Counted from the stretch's first letter, positions 12,262 through 26,520 are shown. The stretch: 64,000 nt of DNA from Octopus sinensis (GCF_006345805.1 NC_042999.1:36456001-36520000); one strand, 5' to 3'. A program made the numbers and translations. Notes: generated by a model not told the origin, from the letters alone.

Positions 12262-13127
12262 TATTTTAGGACGAATATAAGACCTATATCGGCGATGTTT
12301 CGCTTGTCGTAGCACAGGTTTCCGTCGATTTCCGTAAAAAACTTTTATTTTTTTACATAAGTAATGAGAGCGAAAGAGACTAAGAGAAAGCGATTGTATG
12401 ACGAGGGAAGTTCTTTTGAAGTTACCGTGCATGGGACGCATTGATGTACATGTGTGTGTGTTTGATGGAGTGTGGGAGACAGACAGTATGTTGTGTAAGT
12501 GAAGTGCTTCTGTTAGTGTGTGTGAAGAGACAGAGAGAGTAATGTGTGAAAGAGAGAGATAACTGAAATTTTTTACTCGGTTTATGTGTATATGTATGTA
12601 TGCATGTATGTGTGTGTGTATGTATGTGTGTGTGTATGTATGTATGTATGTATGGCCAATTCAGTGTTTACATTTTTTACGGAAATCGACGGAAACATGT
12701 GCTACGACAAGCGAAACATCGCCCCTATATCCAAGTAGCAGAAAGATCGCCCAAAAGTGTATATAGATATTTAAATGTATTTATATATTCATCTATACAC
12801 AGATGTATGTATAATGTGTGTGTATATATTTCCATACACGTAACCATTCACTCCGCACAAAGTTTTTTAGGACGAAAATAAGATCTAAAATTATCTCTAA
12901 GTAGCACAGAGATCGCCCAAAAGTGTATATAGATATATAAATGTATTTATATATTCATCTATGCACACATGTATGTATAACGTGTGTGTATATATTTCCA
13001 TAGAGGTAACCATTCACTCCATACAAAGTTTTTTAGCACGAAAATAAGATCTAAAGTTATCTCTAAGAAATAGAAAGATCGCCCAAAAGTGTATTCAATC
13101 CATACAAAGTTTTTTAGGACGAAAATA
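12262..13127. repeat. Modular repeat: 51-bp inverted repeats, (GTAT)n microsatellite and 166-bp tandem units
   Basis: IR 12291-12341 vs 12673-12723 (1 mismatch). gatcgcccaaaagtg at 12745, 12911 and 13077 (period 166). Confidence 0.85.
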
Positions 13128-13633
13128 TCTATATATATAAAACTCTAGTTGTGTGAGTGTCTGTCCCCTTCGATTTAGATTCCTAACTCCTCCCACATTT
13201 TGCGGTGCAATTTAACCAAATTCGGGTATCTTATAGTCGTGATTCATATCGAGCCCGTCTGACTATTAGCGCGCGTCAACGATGAGTCTACGATTTTAAA
13301 AATAATTTAACATCATTTTTTATTCCATTTTAATGCATAAAATGCATCGTGTGTCGATGGCGGCGGAGTTGGCGTCCATGGTCACAGCTGCACCTGTTTG
13401 CTTCTCCCCCTTCCCTCCCTCGTGAAGCTGTGGGGAAGGGAGTGTAAAGAAATCAACGTCGTAATGCGTTGTGAAGGAAACCAGCGTTCTTTTAGAACAA
13501 CGACTTCATGGCTTGAAGACACCAAAACAAAAATGGCTAAGAAAGCCCAAATTTATAAGGGAAGTAACTCTCTAAAAATGCTTATATAGTTATTTCCCTT
13601 ACAAATCCGAGCAACGCCGGGCGATACTGCTAG
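13128..13633 (+). mobile_element. Non-autonomous Helitron
   Basis: 5' TC(tatatatataaaa), 3' hairpin ccgagcaacgccgg followed by CTAG, inserted between A and T. Confidence 0.85.
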
Positions 13634-13634
13634 T

Positions 13635-14467
13635 TTATAGGTTGTGTGTCTGTCTACTCCGATTTAGATTCCTAACTACTCCCACATTTTGCGATGCAGT
13701 TTAACCAAAACCGGGTATCTTATAGTCGTGATTCATATCGAGCCCTTCTGGGTATTAGCGCGCGTCTACGATGAGTCTATGATTTTACAAATAATTTACC
13801 ATCATTTTTTTCCATTTTAATGCATATTTTTTAAAATAAACGGAAGTAACTCTCAAACTTCACACCAATATGCGTGCTCATATGCGACGTAATATCACAT
13901 CAGCAGCATTTCCTCACACCCTCCTTGCACTTGGTGAAGGCAAAATACCAGGGGATGAAAATGGTAATATTGCCATCGATTCCATTTGTACCATTGTTAA
14001 GACGCCTTCTGATCTCAGAGATGCAGTGTTCCCAGATCTACAAGCTAATTATCAGAATATGGATTGGATTGGCAAAAAGGCTATACTGGCCCCGAGGAAT
14101 AAAACTGTTCACCATATTAATGATGAAATGCTAAAACTCATTCCTGGGGAAGTCTATGTATATCAGTCTATCGATACAACTCCTGACCCAGAGGACGTCA
14201 TCAACTATCCAATAGAGGTACTCAATTCCTTTGAGCACCCCGGACTACCACCACACTTTCTCAAACTTAAAGTTGGTGCCCCTATAATGCTCATCAGAAA
14301 TTTGGTTCTCCCAAAACAATGCAATGGCACACGTTTGATCGTTAAGTCCTTATCTCCCACCGTAAGCTTATATCAATATTTGCCTGAATAATCATCATAA
14401 TTCAGTGCAATCATTAACAGTACTTTCAAGCAATTCAGCCCCGAGCAACGCCGGGCAATTCTGCTAG
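13635..14467 (+). mobile_element. Second Helitron, head-to-tail, 5'-truncated, carrying a helicase fragment
   Basis: Shares the cgatttagattcctaact...gagtcta body with 13128-13633; ends ccccgagcaacgccgggcaattctgCTAG|t. Confidence 0.85.
13870..14391 (+). pseudogene. Helitron RepHel Pif1-family helicase fragment (173 aa open frame)
   Basis: Motifs (T)NMR, AILAPRN, YQSIDT, YPIEVLNS, GLPPHFLKLKVGAPIMLIRNL and CNGTRL are typical of Helitron Pif1 helicase C-terminal halves. Confidence 0.9.
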
Positions 14468-14524
14468 TCCCAATATAAAATTGCAACTGCCCTGATGCAA
14501 ACCTGTGATCTACAACTTGGAGCA

Positions 14525-14525
14525 A

Positions 14526-14595
<70 letters not shown>

Positions 14596-14759
14596 ACTCA
14601 CACACATACCACACCAACACGCACACACACACACACATACACACCACACACACACACACATACCACACACACACACACATACACACACACACACACACAC
14701 CACACACACACACAAACACGACTCACACACTCACAACACAACACAATCACACACACACA

Positions 14760-14791
<32 letters not shown>

Positions 14792-14826
14792 ACATATACA
14801 CACACACACAAACACGCACTCACACA

Positions 14827-14865
<39 letters not shown>

Positions 14866-14974
14866 ACACCACACACACAAACACGCACTCACACACAAAC
14901 CACACTCACACACAACACACACACACACACACACAACACACATACACACACACACAAACACGCACTCACACACA

Positions 14975-15005
<31 letters not shown>

Positions 15006-15108
15006 CGCACTCACACAAACACACACTCACACACAACACACACACACACACACACACATACAACACACACACAAACACGCACTCACACACTCACACACAA
15101 CACACACT

Positions 15109-15139
<31 letters not shown>

Positions 15140-15245
15140 ACACACACACACACAAACACGCACTCACACACTCACACACAAACACACACACATACACATA
15201 CACAAACAAACAAACAAACACACACACACACATATACACACATGA
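14525..15245. repeat. Degenerate (CA)n array with recurring aaacacgcactcacac unit
   Basis: Direct reading; the unit recurs about six times between 14808 and 15170. Confidence 0.95.
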
Positions 15246-15459
15246 ACAAAGAATCTAAAAATCTCTATGCACCTTGAACAAGTGTCTTCTACTATAGCCT
15301 CAGGCCAACCAAAGCCTTGTGAGTGAATTTGGTAGATGGAAACTGAAAGAAACATCATATATACATATAATTTATATTCCTTTAAAAAATAATATATTTT
15401 TGAGGAATATATATTATATGTATATGATATATATTCCTTTAATATATATATATATCATC

Positions 15460-15945
15460 ACCATCATCATCATCATTTAACATCCGCTTTCCATGCTGGC
15501 ATGGGCTGGACAGTTTGACTGAGGACTGGTGAGCCAGAGGCTGCACCAGGCTCAATCTGATCTGGCAAAGTTTCTACAGCTGGATGCCCTTCCTAATGCC
15601 AACCACACTGAGAGTGTAGTGGGTGCTTTTATGACACTGGCACAAGGGCCAGTCAGGCGGTTCTGGCAATGACCACGCTCAAAAGGTGTTTTTTATGTGC
15701 TATCTGCATTGGAGCCAGTCCAGTGGCATTGGCAGCGACCATGCTTGAATGTTTTTTTTCATATGCCACCGGCACATGTGCTGGTAGGGTGACTCTGGCA
15801 ATGATCACGCTCAAATGATGCTTTTCACATGTCACTGGCACAGGAGCCAATCCGTGGCCCAGGCAACGATCAAGCTCGGATGTGCTTTTAATGTTCCACT
15901 GGTACAAGTGCCAATCAGGCAGTACTGCCATTGGCCATGTCACCG
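15460..15945 (-). mobile_element. Retroposon family D with degenerate internal ~65-bp tandem units
   Basis: catcatcatttaacatccgctttccatgctggcatggg...ggatgcccttcctaatgccaacc, followed by repeated gtgcc/ggcac units. Confidence 0.8.
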
Positions 15946-17497
15946 ATTTAGGACAAGCATCTCAGATCTCTAAAAAAGGAGAAGTAGAAGTAATTAATGT
16001 CTTACAGCTGTTTCTGAGATATCCCAGGTAATGGGTCAACACCTCTATACACTGGGTGTTCCATCATCAGAGACAAGGTGTGTGTGTGAGTGTGGGTGTG
16101 TGTGTGTCTTTGTGTCTGTTTGTCTCTTGACTGCTTGACAACCAGTGCTGGTATGTTTATGTCCCCATCACTTAGCAGTTCAGCAAAAGGGCCCAATAGA
16201 GTAAGTATCAGGCTTTAAAAAAAGGTCAATTAATTCGAGACGGTGTCCCATCATGGCTGCAGTCAAATGACTGAAACAAGTAAAAGATAAAATACATACT
16301 GAGTACTTTTGTTCCCATTTTTACATCCAGACATACATGTACACATATGTAAGTATGCCTGCATATACATACATACATACATAAACACATTTATATGGAC
16401 TGGAGAGGAAGACTATGTTGATATTATTTTGTTATTATTTCACCATTATTCACCCCAACTCCCACCTCTATCACTAATGTTAATATTTCAAAATATTCCC
16501 TTATAATTTGTCACAAAAGATATATTAGTTCACTACTTTTACTGTTAGAGACATGTCTTTGTTTGTACATAGATATTTTAACGACGAAACTATTGTCGTT
16601 AATTAATCGACCAACTTTTTAAGAAATACGAGAAACATCTGAAAAAAGAAGAAAACAATATAAATTTCTCCAATAGTTTTCTAAAGCTTTTCAGTTAGAA
16701 GATGTAAGAGTCTGTCATGTGATCGACTGAACGTGACACGTATTGAAAAATCCTTACAAGATACGCTCTAGTATAAAATTTCCTATTGTCAGATATTAAA
16801 ATGATGGAATACAGAAAGACATGTCCAAACTAATAAGCTAAATCAAATTAGTAAGATCTCGTTCAGGTTTCCACATGGAAATATACTGAGCTAGCAACAC
16901 ACTCAAGTGGTTGCATATATCTAGTGACATCTTAATCTCTCGTTGAGTTGTGCATTTAGTATTTACTCAAGTGGTCTTGTTGGACTGTTAAACTGGAATT
17001 TTATCTCATTTATTCAAATGTTCCCTAATGATACATCCATTAGCTTGTTAATTTGTTTTTTGATTTGGCATAGAAGAAACCATAAAATTGTTACTATTGA
17101 TAACCATTTTGAAAACTTGGTTCAAATTCTATCCAGATTGAGTGAAGATTTTATGCCTCAAGTCTTGATAAAATAACATTAAATTGACTCAAATGAAACA
17201 AAGTGGCTCCAAGGGTTTGTATACATAACTGATAGGTTTGGTGAACAGACCGATGTCTGTGATCTCCAGCTCTAACCATGTCAGAATGGTACCACAAAGA
17301 TAGAGTTATGATAGGCTAGCACTATAGTTCTCAAATAATGCCCTCACTTCACTTTAGCACAGTGCATATTTTTAAAAATATAATTTAAGACTTAATAAAA
17401 TGCAAACTAATGTTCGATTGAATGGTAAAACATGTTACCCATAATGGCATGATATGCATGACTGATTTATAAAATAAAGAATGTTTTAAGGTTTACA

Positions 17498-17878
17498 TCT
17501 TTTATTTGTTTCAGTCATTTGACTGCAGCCATGCTGGAGCACCACCTTTAGTCAAGCAAATCGACCCCAGGACTTATTCTTTGGAAGCCTAGTACTTATT
17601 CTATCAGACTCTTTTGCCGAACCGCTAAGTTACGGGGACGTAAACACACCAGCATCGGTTGTCAAGCGATGTTGGGGGGACAAAAACAGACACACAAGCA
17701 CACGCATATATATACATATATACGATGGGATTCTTTCAGTTTCCATCTACTAAATCCACTCACAAGGCTTTGGTCGGCCCGAGGCTATAGTAGAAGACAC
17801 TTGCCCAAGGTGCCATGCAGTGGGACTGAACCCGGACTGAACAGTGGTAAGCAAGCTACTTACCACATAGCCACTTCC
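17498..17878 (-). mobile_element. SINE family A, full length
   Basis: Collinear with 4441-4892. Confidence 0.9.
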
Positions 17879-18931
17879 GTATTTTTTTCTAATTTTTAAT
17901 CTTAAAACAGATTTTTCAAAACTTTCTATTCAAAATGCAAAGTAATATTTTGATCCTTAGTGCACCACAAAATCAAACATGATGAACCAGTAGACTTGTG
18001 TCTAGATGGGCTTTCCATAATGCTATGGAAACTGTCAATTCATGAGACTGTTTAGACAAATCTATTAATATAATTAGCAGTCTATTTCTGTCTCTCCCTT
18101 TTACTTCAACCCCTACAAAGGTAATAAATGATCTTTTTAAATTTTCTCCCTTGGTTACTAACTATATACTAACTTGAGTGTTATCTGTTAAATAAGGAGT
18201 AAAGTTGGGAATATACTTTTGCCACTGTTGATAGTATCAAGTAATGTTACATCTGCAATTAAACTTATAGTCATACAGTATTATTATTACTGATCACAGA
18301 TATTTATTGCCGATCGTTTCTGTTTGGTTGCCACTTTTCAATTTCTTCAGTTTCTGTTCCAATTGATTTCGTATTTGGCGTAATGATGTAGTTTGTATGT
18401 TAAACATTGACATGAAATTCATTTTTGCCATAAATCAATAAATAAAGTTAATAGCTTTTAAACTTTGTAAATTTTGGGCAATTTTAGCCATTCATAAGCC
18501 ACAGACACATTCATGCCTGTTTCCTTAGTAACAAGCCAAACATAAGAACTCTTTTGTCTGTGAGCAAGCACATGTATTGACAAATATATTCTATGTGGGA
18601 AATTTTTTTCTGTTTTGAAAATTACTATTCATTTCATTAGTATTTTTTCCTTATGAAATGAAATCTGGAAAAAGTAACATTATAATTATTGAGCATAACT
18701 ACAGATGTGTGCCTCGCTGATTTTGTTTCTTCATAACTTTCTGAAAAATTTATATTTTTCCAATTAAATTAGATCTTTACTCATCATTACACAGCCAGTA
18801 AAAATATCTATTAATCATGCATGTACCTTCTTTTAATAGTAGACTGTTATATAGTCTTGTTAGTTAATATGGTGACAACACTCTACCTATATATCAAACA
18901 CACACGCACACACACACACACAGACGCACAT

Positions 18932-18973
<42 letters not shown>

Positions 18974-19200
18974 TGTATTTCTCTCTCAATAACAACCAGT
19001 TTTTTTTCTTGAAACAAATTTTCATTCTATCTTCTACACACACACACACACACACACACACTTTCTCACTGAAATTCTCTCTCAACAATAACAACAACTT
19101 GTCATTTCTTTTTTAAAGTCTGTGTTGCATTATCTCTATGTTGAAAGACATAGAAACGTTCACGCACACAGACACACAGACACACACACATGCACACACA

Positions 19201-19234
<34 letters not shown>

Positions 19235-19639
19235 AACAATCAAAAAGATAACTATCTATTGTTATATAGTGAATATCATTTTTTAAAAATTTGTATTGTG
19301 CCATGTGGACAGATTTGCACTTAAAATTCCTGTGTTTTTAATCCAAACTTGTTAGTTACTATGGTGAAAACACTACCTATCACACACACTTTCTCTGTCT
19401 TACTATTTCTCTTGCAACAACAAGTTTTTCTCCTCCCCTTCTAGATATATGTTGTGACAGGGGTTATCTCCCCTTTTGATTCCTCCCCTCTCCACATATA
19501 TCTTGTGACAGACAGACAAACAGGGGTCACTTCTTTTCTATAAAATAAGTTTTTCCAGAAGTACATTTTAGTTGGTGTAGATTTGGGTTGTATCAAAATT
19601 TGATGTGCAAACAAAGTTTTGGTGTGAGGTGACATAATT

Positions 19640-22600
19640 CAAACACCTTGACTTATTTGTTTCCTCATACGTTTTGATAAGGAGAGTGGATTATCAATAA
19701 CATTAATAAGAATTTCTATTTTCATTTTCTTCACATTCTAAAGTAAAGCTAAAGCTGACAGTCTCTCTTTGCTCATTGAAGTTCTCACATTAGAAAAGTT
19801 CGATTTCAACTGAAAGATTGCTCACATCTGGCAACTGAAATTGCATTAGTGAGCCTAATCTGAATAGCTACGCTCAAATATGGAAAAAATATTTTCATTT
19901 CCATACTAAATAATAATGTTTAAGAACTTTTTAATCTTAGATATTCAAATGTTTAGGCAATTTTTCAGTAGCATTGTTTATTTCAACAGTCTTTTCAAAT
20001 AATATGCCTTGATCCATTGACTGGAACAAAGAAGATGTGCTCTTGGAGATATATATTTCAATCTCATGTTATCAGAAATAGTTTTTTAAAGTTTACTGTG
20101 TGCATTGCATATAAGAAACAATACTTTGTTGGAAATATCATGCCTGACACTGTACTTTTCTATAGCAGGGCAAAAATCAGTCTTACAAATAACTTCTAGT
20201 CATCTAAATAGTCATTTGAACACTTAAAAACAAGTAGATTAAACTTTGTAGCCCTTGAAAACTATTGGATATTCAGAGTGTTACAAAAGAAGGGAATTCA
20301 ATTTCAAGTCACCAACATCATTTCTTTAAATGGATAAATTTGCAATATCAGTGCTATAAAACCATTCAAGGTTGTGATAAATTTCCTTTAAGATATATGT
20401 TATGAAAACTGTTACTTTGATCTGAGTCTAACATATTTTTCTTCCATTTGATTAAGAAGGCAATATTTCATTATTCTCTCAATTACTTTTGATTACAGCT
20501 AATTCTGCAAAACTGAATATTTTGCAGCTATTTGTCTTTTTCTTTTTTTTTTTTCTACTTGAATATCCCACTCATTACATAGTTTCAATCTAGCTTCAAG
20601 TGAGTCTTTGATAAATGATTTTCAACTGCTCATAATATAACCTTGGAAAGGCTTCAAATCACAATCAGCATCATGAAAGTTCATGAAATGATCTTTGAGT
20701 AGTTTTTGAACATGGTCAATCCAACAAAATTCTAAGTTAATATTTGATGATTTGATTCAGTACATACCTTGCAGTGGAGGCGCAATGGCCCAGTGGTTAG
20801 GGCAGCGGACTCGTGGTTGTAGGATCGCAGTTTTGATTCCCAGACCGGGCGTTGTGAGTGTTTACTGAGCGAAAATACCCAAAAGCTCCACTGTGATCCC
20901 TGCTGTACTCTTTCACCACTCTTTTCCCCACTCTTTCTTCTGTTGGCCTGGTGTCGTTCAAAGGCTAAAACAATGCGTACGCATTGTGACCAGCGATGTG
21001 TAACAACATTTGATGGTCTGGTCGGTCACGTGATCACATACCTTGCATCACCTCTTGTACTAGTACACCTGTAGTTTGATTTTGATAATCAACCATGCTT
21101 TGCAAAATTTCTACTATGATACCAATGTATTTTCATGAATTGGTTTCACAGTCACTGTTCAGGAATTCTATTATTTATATTTGACAACTATTGGCATCTT
21201 TCAGCTTATATCAATATAAACAAGTTAAACAAAAAAAGAATGAATATAACAAATGAATTGCACCAAAACGTTACCACCAATATATCATTGTTAGCAGAAT
21301 GAACTCTGGCCAAACTGTTGAATGATTATCACAGTTCCAAAAAAGAAAAACACTCAGCAATTTTGTTTTCATTAATCTTCTGTTAAACACCACTGTTATA
21401 AGTCACCATAACTACAGCAATGTCATAACACTGAGATTGAGAGTTTTCTTGCAAAATTTTGTTTTGCAATTTATTCTAAAATTACCTCAACTATCTTTTC
21501 AACATTCTTTCGTTTTAATTGGATAAATCCAAAAAAAATTACTCTTTTATAAATATTGTTTTCTCCTCGGTATAGATGGGTTTGATATGGAATAGAACAC
21601 AAACAGGAAATGAAAATATTTGGCCTTATGATTGCTATGTAGCAATTCCTAGTGAACTATATAGAACCCATCAGCTGAATATAACCATTCTGCACTAATG
21701 GGGGAAAATATGATATTCTTTCAGAAATGTTCTTCCACAAATTCGTCAACAATTTTAATAATAAGCCTCCAAGATATTCAAAATTGCCTTCTTTTCCTAT
21801 CTATGGAATTCATGCAACCATACAAAGTTTTGAGTTGAAAATATTTATGCAACAGAGAATTCTGTGAAGAGCATCTCACCATTTTTTTTCTGATGCAATT
21901 TGAGCTTGAAGCTCTGCATTAATGATTCCTCAATTTTCTAAAAGATTTCTTTCCGTTTTCCTCCATTGAGTATTTCATTTTGCTTTTCAAGGGTGTGAAA
22001 CTGTTCAAGTGCTTCCTAATAATTGACTTTATTATCTTGTCTCAATAAAAATTGATTAGAATTTTGTAAAAATAGCAAAGGAAGGCAAAAACTGTTTTTC
22101 TTCTCCAGAAAATAAACAAGTCATGAGTGTTAAACTTTTTCTTCACATTTCTCTCTCAACATTCATTTATATGATTTTTCATTCATTCATTGATTTTTTG
22201 TGATGAAAATATGATCCTATACTTTTTTTAAAAATACTTTAACCCTATTGCATCCACAAAGCATGTATGATAGAATTACATTTTAATATTTTATGAAATT
22301 TCAAGAAACCTATATATGAGAATGCCAAATTATGTTTGACGTAGGCTGTATTGTGTTTTCCTGTTTTATGATAAGTTTTAGTATCTTCTGCTTCTTTGAA
22401 AGACATTTTTGTTCCTTAAAAGGCACTTAATTCTCCTTTTGATACACTGGTGGGTTGGTCTATTACCAATTTGAATGCTGTTAATACAAATGGAAGACTA
22501 GATTGTTCAAGAAAGGGCTTCATAAAGCCAATAAAACCACTTTATTTCGTAACTTCTTGCATTTTCCTTTTCTTCTTACTTTCTGCCCACTCAGTTCCAT
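19640..22600 (-). mobile_element. Fossil hAT transposase (Tip100/ZMYM1-like), interrupted by a SINE
   Basis: Reverse strand gives QSQCYDIAVVMVTYNSGV (~21385-21440; cf. GQCYDNAAVM) and the C-terminal dimerisation motif FPYLSVAIQIRLTNAISVARCEQSFS (~19810-19885). Many stops. The outer boundaries are approximate. Confidence 0.8.
20774..21035 (+). mobile_element. tRNA-derived SINE family C, tail type 2, internally deleted
   Basis: Head gtggaggcgcaatggcccagtggttagg, tail ...ggtctggtcggtcacgtgat. 12-bp TSD acataccttgca at 20762-20773 and 21036-21047. Confidence 0.9.
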
Positions 22601-22920
22601 TTTCAGCATCAACAATGCTTGCTTCATTGTCAGTTTTTCTTAAGAAGCACACACAATGACACCTACATGCAAACGAACATACACACATACTTATATGTCT
22701 AAGAATCCATAAGTCAGAAAAACCGGCACTCATACAATTTGTCAATAGAGTGGCTATATTAATCAAAGTATATAGTATTGTAGATCCAATTCAGCCAACA
22801 TTATTTCAATACCTGACCTGTCTGAAGAGCACATATATCTAGATAACTGTCCTGTTATCTAATATCCAGATATCTAACATTCATCTGAAATAGGTATATA
22901 ATACTGTAGATTTTGATTGA

Positions 22921-23075
22921 TGAGTGGCTGTGTGGTAAGAAGCTTGCTTCCCAACCACATGGTTCCAGGTTCGGTCTCACTGTGTGGCACCTTGGACAAG
23001 TGTCTTCTACTATAGCCTCGGGCCACCAAAGCCTTGTGACTGGATTTGATAGATAGAAACTGAAAGAAGACAGTC

Positions 23076-23122
<47 letters not shown>

Positions 23123-23500
23123 TATATGTATGTATTTGTGTGTCTGTGTTTGTTCCCCAACCATTGCTTGACAACCAATGTTGGTGTGTTTATGTCCCCT
23201 GTAACTTAGTGGTTCGGCAAAAGAGACTGATTAGAATAAGTACTAGGCTTACAAAAATAAGTCCTGGGGTTGATTTGTTTGATTAAAGTCGGTGCTCCAG
23301 CATGGCTGCAGACAAATGACTGAAACAACTAAAAGAATAAAATTAATGGGCTTCTTTCAGTTTCCGTCTACCAAATCCACTCACAAAGCTTTGGTCGGCC
23401 CAAGGCTATAGTAAAAGACACTTGCCTAAGGTGCCACACAGTAGGACTGAACCCGGAACCATGTGGTTGGTAAGCAAGCTACTTATCACACAGCCACTCC
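22921..23500. mobile_element. Two SINE family A copies tail-to-tail: 22921-23340 (+) and 23346-23500 (-, partial)
   Basis: gagtggctgtgtggtaagaagc...gactgaaacaactaaaag, then gggcttctttcagtttccgtc...cacagccactcc. Confidence 0.85.
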
Positions 23501-23749
23501 TTTGCACTTGGCAAATTCCTGCACTTTTTTCTTGTCGTTGTCTAGAAAAGTTAAGATTGACAGGATCTAAGGCGCCAGACTCAAGGTGTGTTACCAATGA
23601 TGATGATGAACACTGGGAAAAATAATCTGAAACAGAAAAATATGATTTCAGATATGTAAGTGAAAGGCTTCATCATGATAGGAGAAAGAAAGTCATTCTC
23701 TGAAAAATAAAAGTTTGAATATTAAGCGTTTTTCTGTATATGCATGCAT

Positions 23750-23786
<37 letters not shown>

Positions 23787-24576
23787 TTTATATATTAATC
23801 ATACTCCTGCTTGGTTAATCATTTCTGAAATTTTATCTCCATTGTCAATGAAGTGAATTTGATATTGAAGAAAAATATTTCTGCTTAACAAGCCACACAC
23901 GTTCTGCAATTTTGCTACTTATACTCTTTATTTCTGAAAAGAAAACAAGTGCAAAGCCAAGTAGTTAGAGATTTGGAATTAAAATGGCAGTGCATTCAAT
24001 ATCTGGACTGAACAAAGCATTCTATTCTTGAGCAAGTCTCTTCATTTCACATTGCTCCATTCTTCTCACCTGAAAATGCATACAAGCCAAGTGCACCAGC
24101 ACTTGGCTGGTATACATTTGGTTGTTACATCCTCTAGGGTAACAGGGAGGGGCTGACATGGTGTGATTGTCCCCTTGTGACTACATAGGTACTTAAAAAA
24201 AAAGAATTAGTAAAAGTTATACTTGCTTGTGAGAATTAGCTATTCTGGTGTATATGATATTATTTTAAAGCAAATACCATTAACTTACAATTCAATTCAA
24301 TACTTATTCTACAGTGTTATTGTTTAACAACTTCTGACAGATTCTGTCTATATTCATGTTTTCTTACTGAGAGAAACCTCTTTTAAAAAATGAAGGAAAT
24401 AAAATATAATAGAAAGTGAAAGGAAAAAGAAAATGAAGAGATGAAAGAAAGGTTGGAAAAAAATTATTGACCAAAGATTATGAAGACAGATAAAGTTGAT
24501 AGAAAGGAAAAGAAATTTTCAGAAGTTGACAATATCATATACAGCTCTGGTAAATTGTTTCTTGTCAATAGAGTAT

Positions 24577-24964
24577 GATGGATGGAAGCACTCCATCGGT
24601 TACGACGACGAGGGTTCCGGTTGATTCGAATCAACGGAACAGCCTGCTCGTGAAATTAACGTGTAAGTGGCTGAGCGCTCCACAGACACATGCACCCTTA
24701 ACGTAGTTCTCGGGGATATTCAGCGTGACACAGAGAGTGACAAGACCGACCCTTTGAAATACAGGTACAACAGAAACAGGAAGTAAGAGTGAGAGAAAGT
24801 TGTGGTGAAAGAGTACAGCAGGGATCACCACCATCCCCTGCCGGAGCCTCGTGGAGCTTTTAGGTGTTTTCGCTCAATAAACACTCACAACGCCCGGTCT
24901 GGGAATCAAAACCACGATCCTATGACCATGAGTCCGCTGCCCTATCCACTGGGCCATTGCACCT
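24577..24964 (-). mobile_element. SINE family C, tail type 1
   Basis: Full body, flanked by the direct repeat caatagagtat (TSD). Confidence 0.9.
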
Positions 24965-26387
24965 CAATAGAGTATATTACATTGCACACATCCTCATAAA
25001 CATACTTATACACAGACATATACACACACCATCAGCATCATCATCATTATCATCATCAACATCCATTGTCCATGCTAGCATGGGTTGGATGGTTTGACCA
25101 GAGCTGGCAAGCTGAGGAGCTGCACCAGATTCCAGTCTGATTCGACATAGTTTCTACGGCTGGATGCCCTTTCTAACACCAACCAGCAGAGGGTACAACT
25201 ATTGGGCTACTGGAGTGTTGCAAATGCTACGGCTTAAGATACACCTCCCATGTGTACTGACAAACAAAATAACTACAGATGTGGTAGTATTCTATCTTTG
25301 TAGATGCTCTTGATACCCTGACCACTGTAACAAAAGCAACCACCCTTGAGATCAGAGATCCAAAAGCCATGATCCACTCTGCAAGAATAGCAATGGACAC
25401 TGGGAATGTACATTTGACACCACCACTATTTTCACTATGGAAGTGATAGATCCAGTAGAAATGTTAACCCAAGACAATTGGTACCGCCTCTCAGTTTTTT
25501 CTTTTTTTGTTCTTCATATGAAATTCCGATATAATCTTAATCTACACCATCTGACTGGTATAAATAGAAATTTCCTTAATAAAATACCCTTTTTTTTTCT
25601 GTAAGTTAAGAGGAACCAAAGTCGGGGGCACACTTGTGTAGGTATGCCTTTATTTCCTCCTGTAGCAACTCGTAAATAATTTCTTTTTCCTTTGCCTCTT
25701 TCACCCTGCCAGTTTCGGAGGAACCTAGAAAAAAAGCCAAGGTCACTGCCCTTCTGATTAAATCATAACAAAAACGTCAAACAAAAATATCTTCTTCTCG
25801 CATAAACATGAATGAACATACTTTTCTCATCACTCTCCACGTCTTATGTTTTATTACTTCCACTCCTTGCAAAGGATTAAGCCGTACAACATACAGCCTG
25901 TGTTAAATGTGAAGCTGACACATTCGTTGTTATGTAAGTCTCAGAATTCTTCAGCATTCACTAATTACTTTTATTCTTGTTGTCAGAAGAAAGTTACTCT
26001 GACATTCTATGTTACCTGAAATGATTTGTGGTCGACTGTCTATCAAGTTTTTTGAAATCTGTTGCAACAGTTAACAAGACCATGTACATCTGTCTTTAAA
26101 CTAACAAGCTACGCTTGCTTGTTGGATTTTGTTAGAGTTCACTCAGACATACACATACGCAAAAACAGATACATATACACATACACATATATATTCACAA
26201 ACGTATTTTGAAATCTGTTGCAACAGTGAACAAGATCAAGTAATCTATCTTCAAAGTAACAAGCTACATTTGACTTAGAAGAATCCATTAATCATACATA
26301 GCACATACACATACAATCTCAAATATATACATACTTAAACTTATTCATACGTTTGCACAAACGTGTGTGTGTGTGCATGCGCGCGAA

Positions 26388-26520
26388 TATCTTACTATAA
26401 TGAGCATTATGTCCTTCTTTCTGTTCCCTCTTCACGGTCAAATAGCTGGACTAATAAGCACGATGTTTTGGGAGATTACGAAGGAGGTAATCAGGGATGT
26501 TTTTAGCGAAAAAATGTGAA
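26388..26520 (+). mobile_element. Possible Helitron-type 5' end fragment (related copy at ~26949-27130)
   Basis: Both start a|tcttactataatg(a/g)gcattatgtcc...tgttccctcttca(c/t)ggtca. No 3' CTAG end was found. Confidence 0.45.

Noticed and set aside
24523-25450. Possible 27-nt micro-exon (EVDNIIYSS) spliced to a terminal exon (DALDTLTTVTKATT...LWK*)
   Set aside because: Phases are compatible but there is no homology or other support; such AG/GT pairs are frequent by chance. The same applies to tiny ag|N4-9|gtaag motifs near 460, 16700 and 23655.
25600-25960. Minus-strand exon-like segments (CMLYGLILCKEW / FLRNWQGERGKGKRNYLRVATGG)
   Set aside because: Several frames and donors are equally plausible and no family is recognised.
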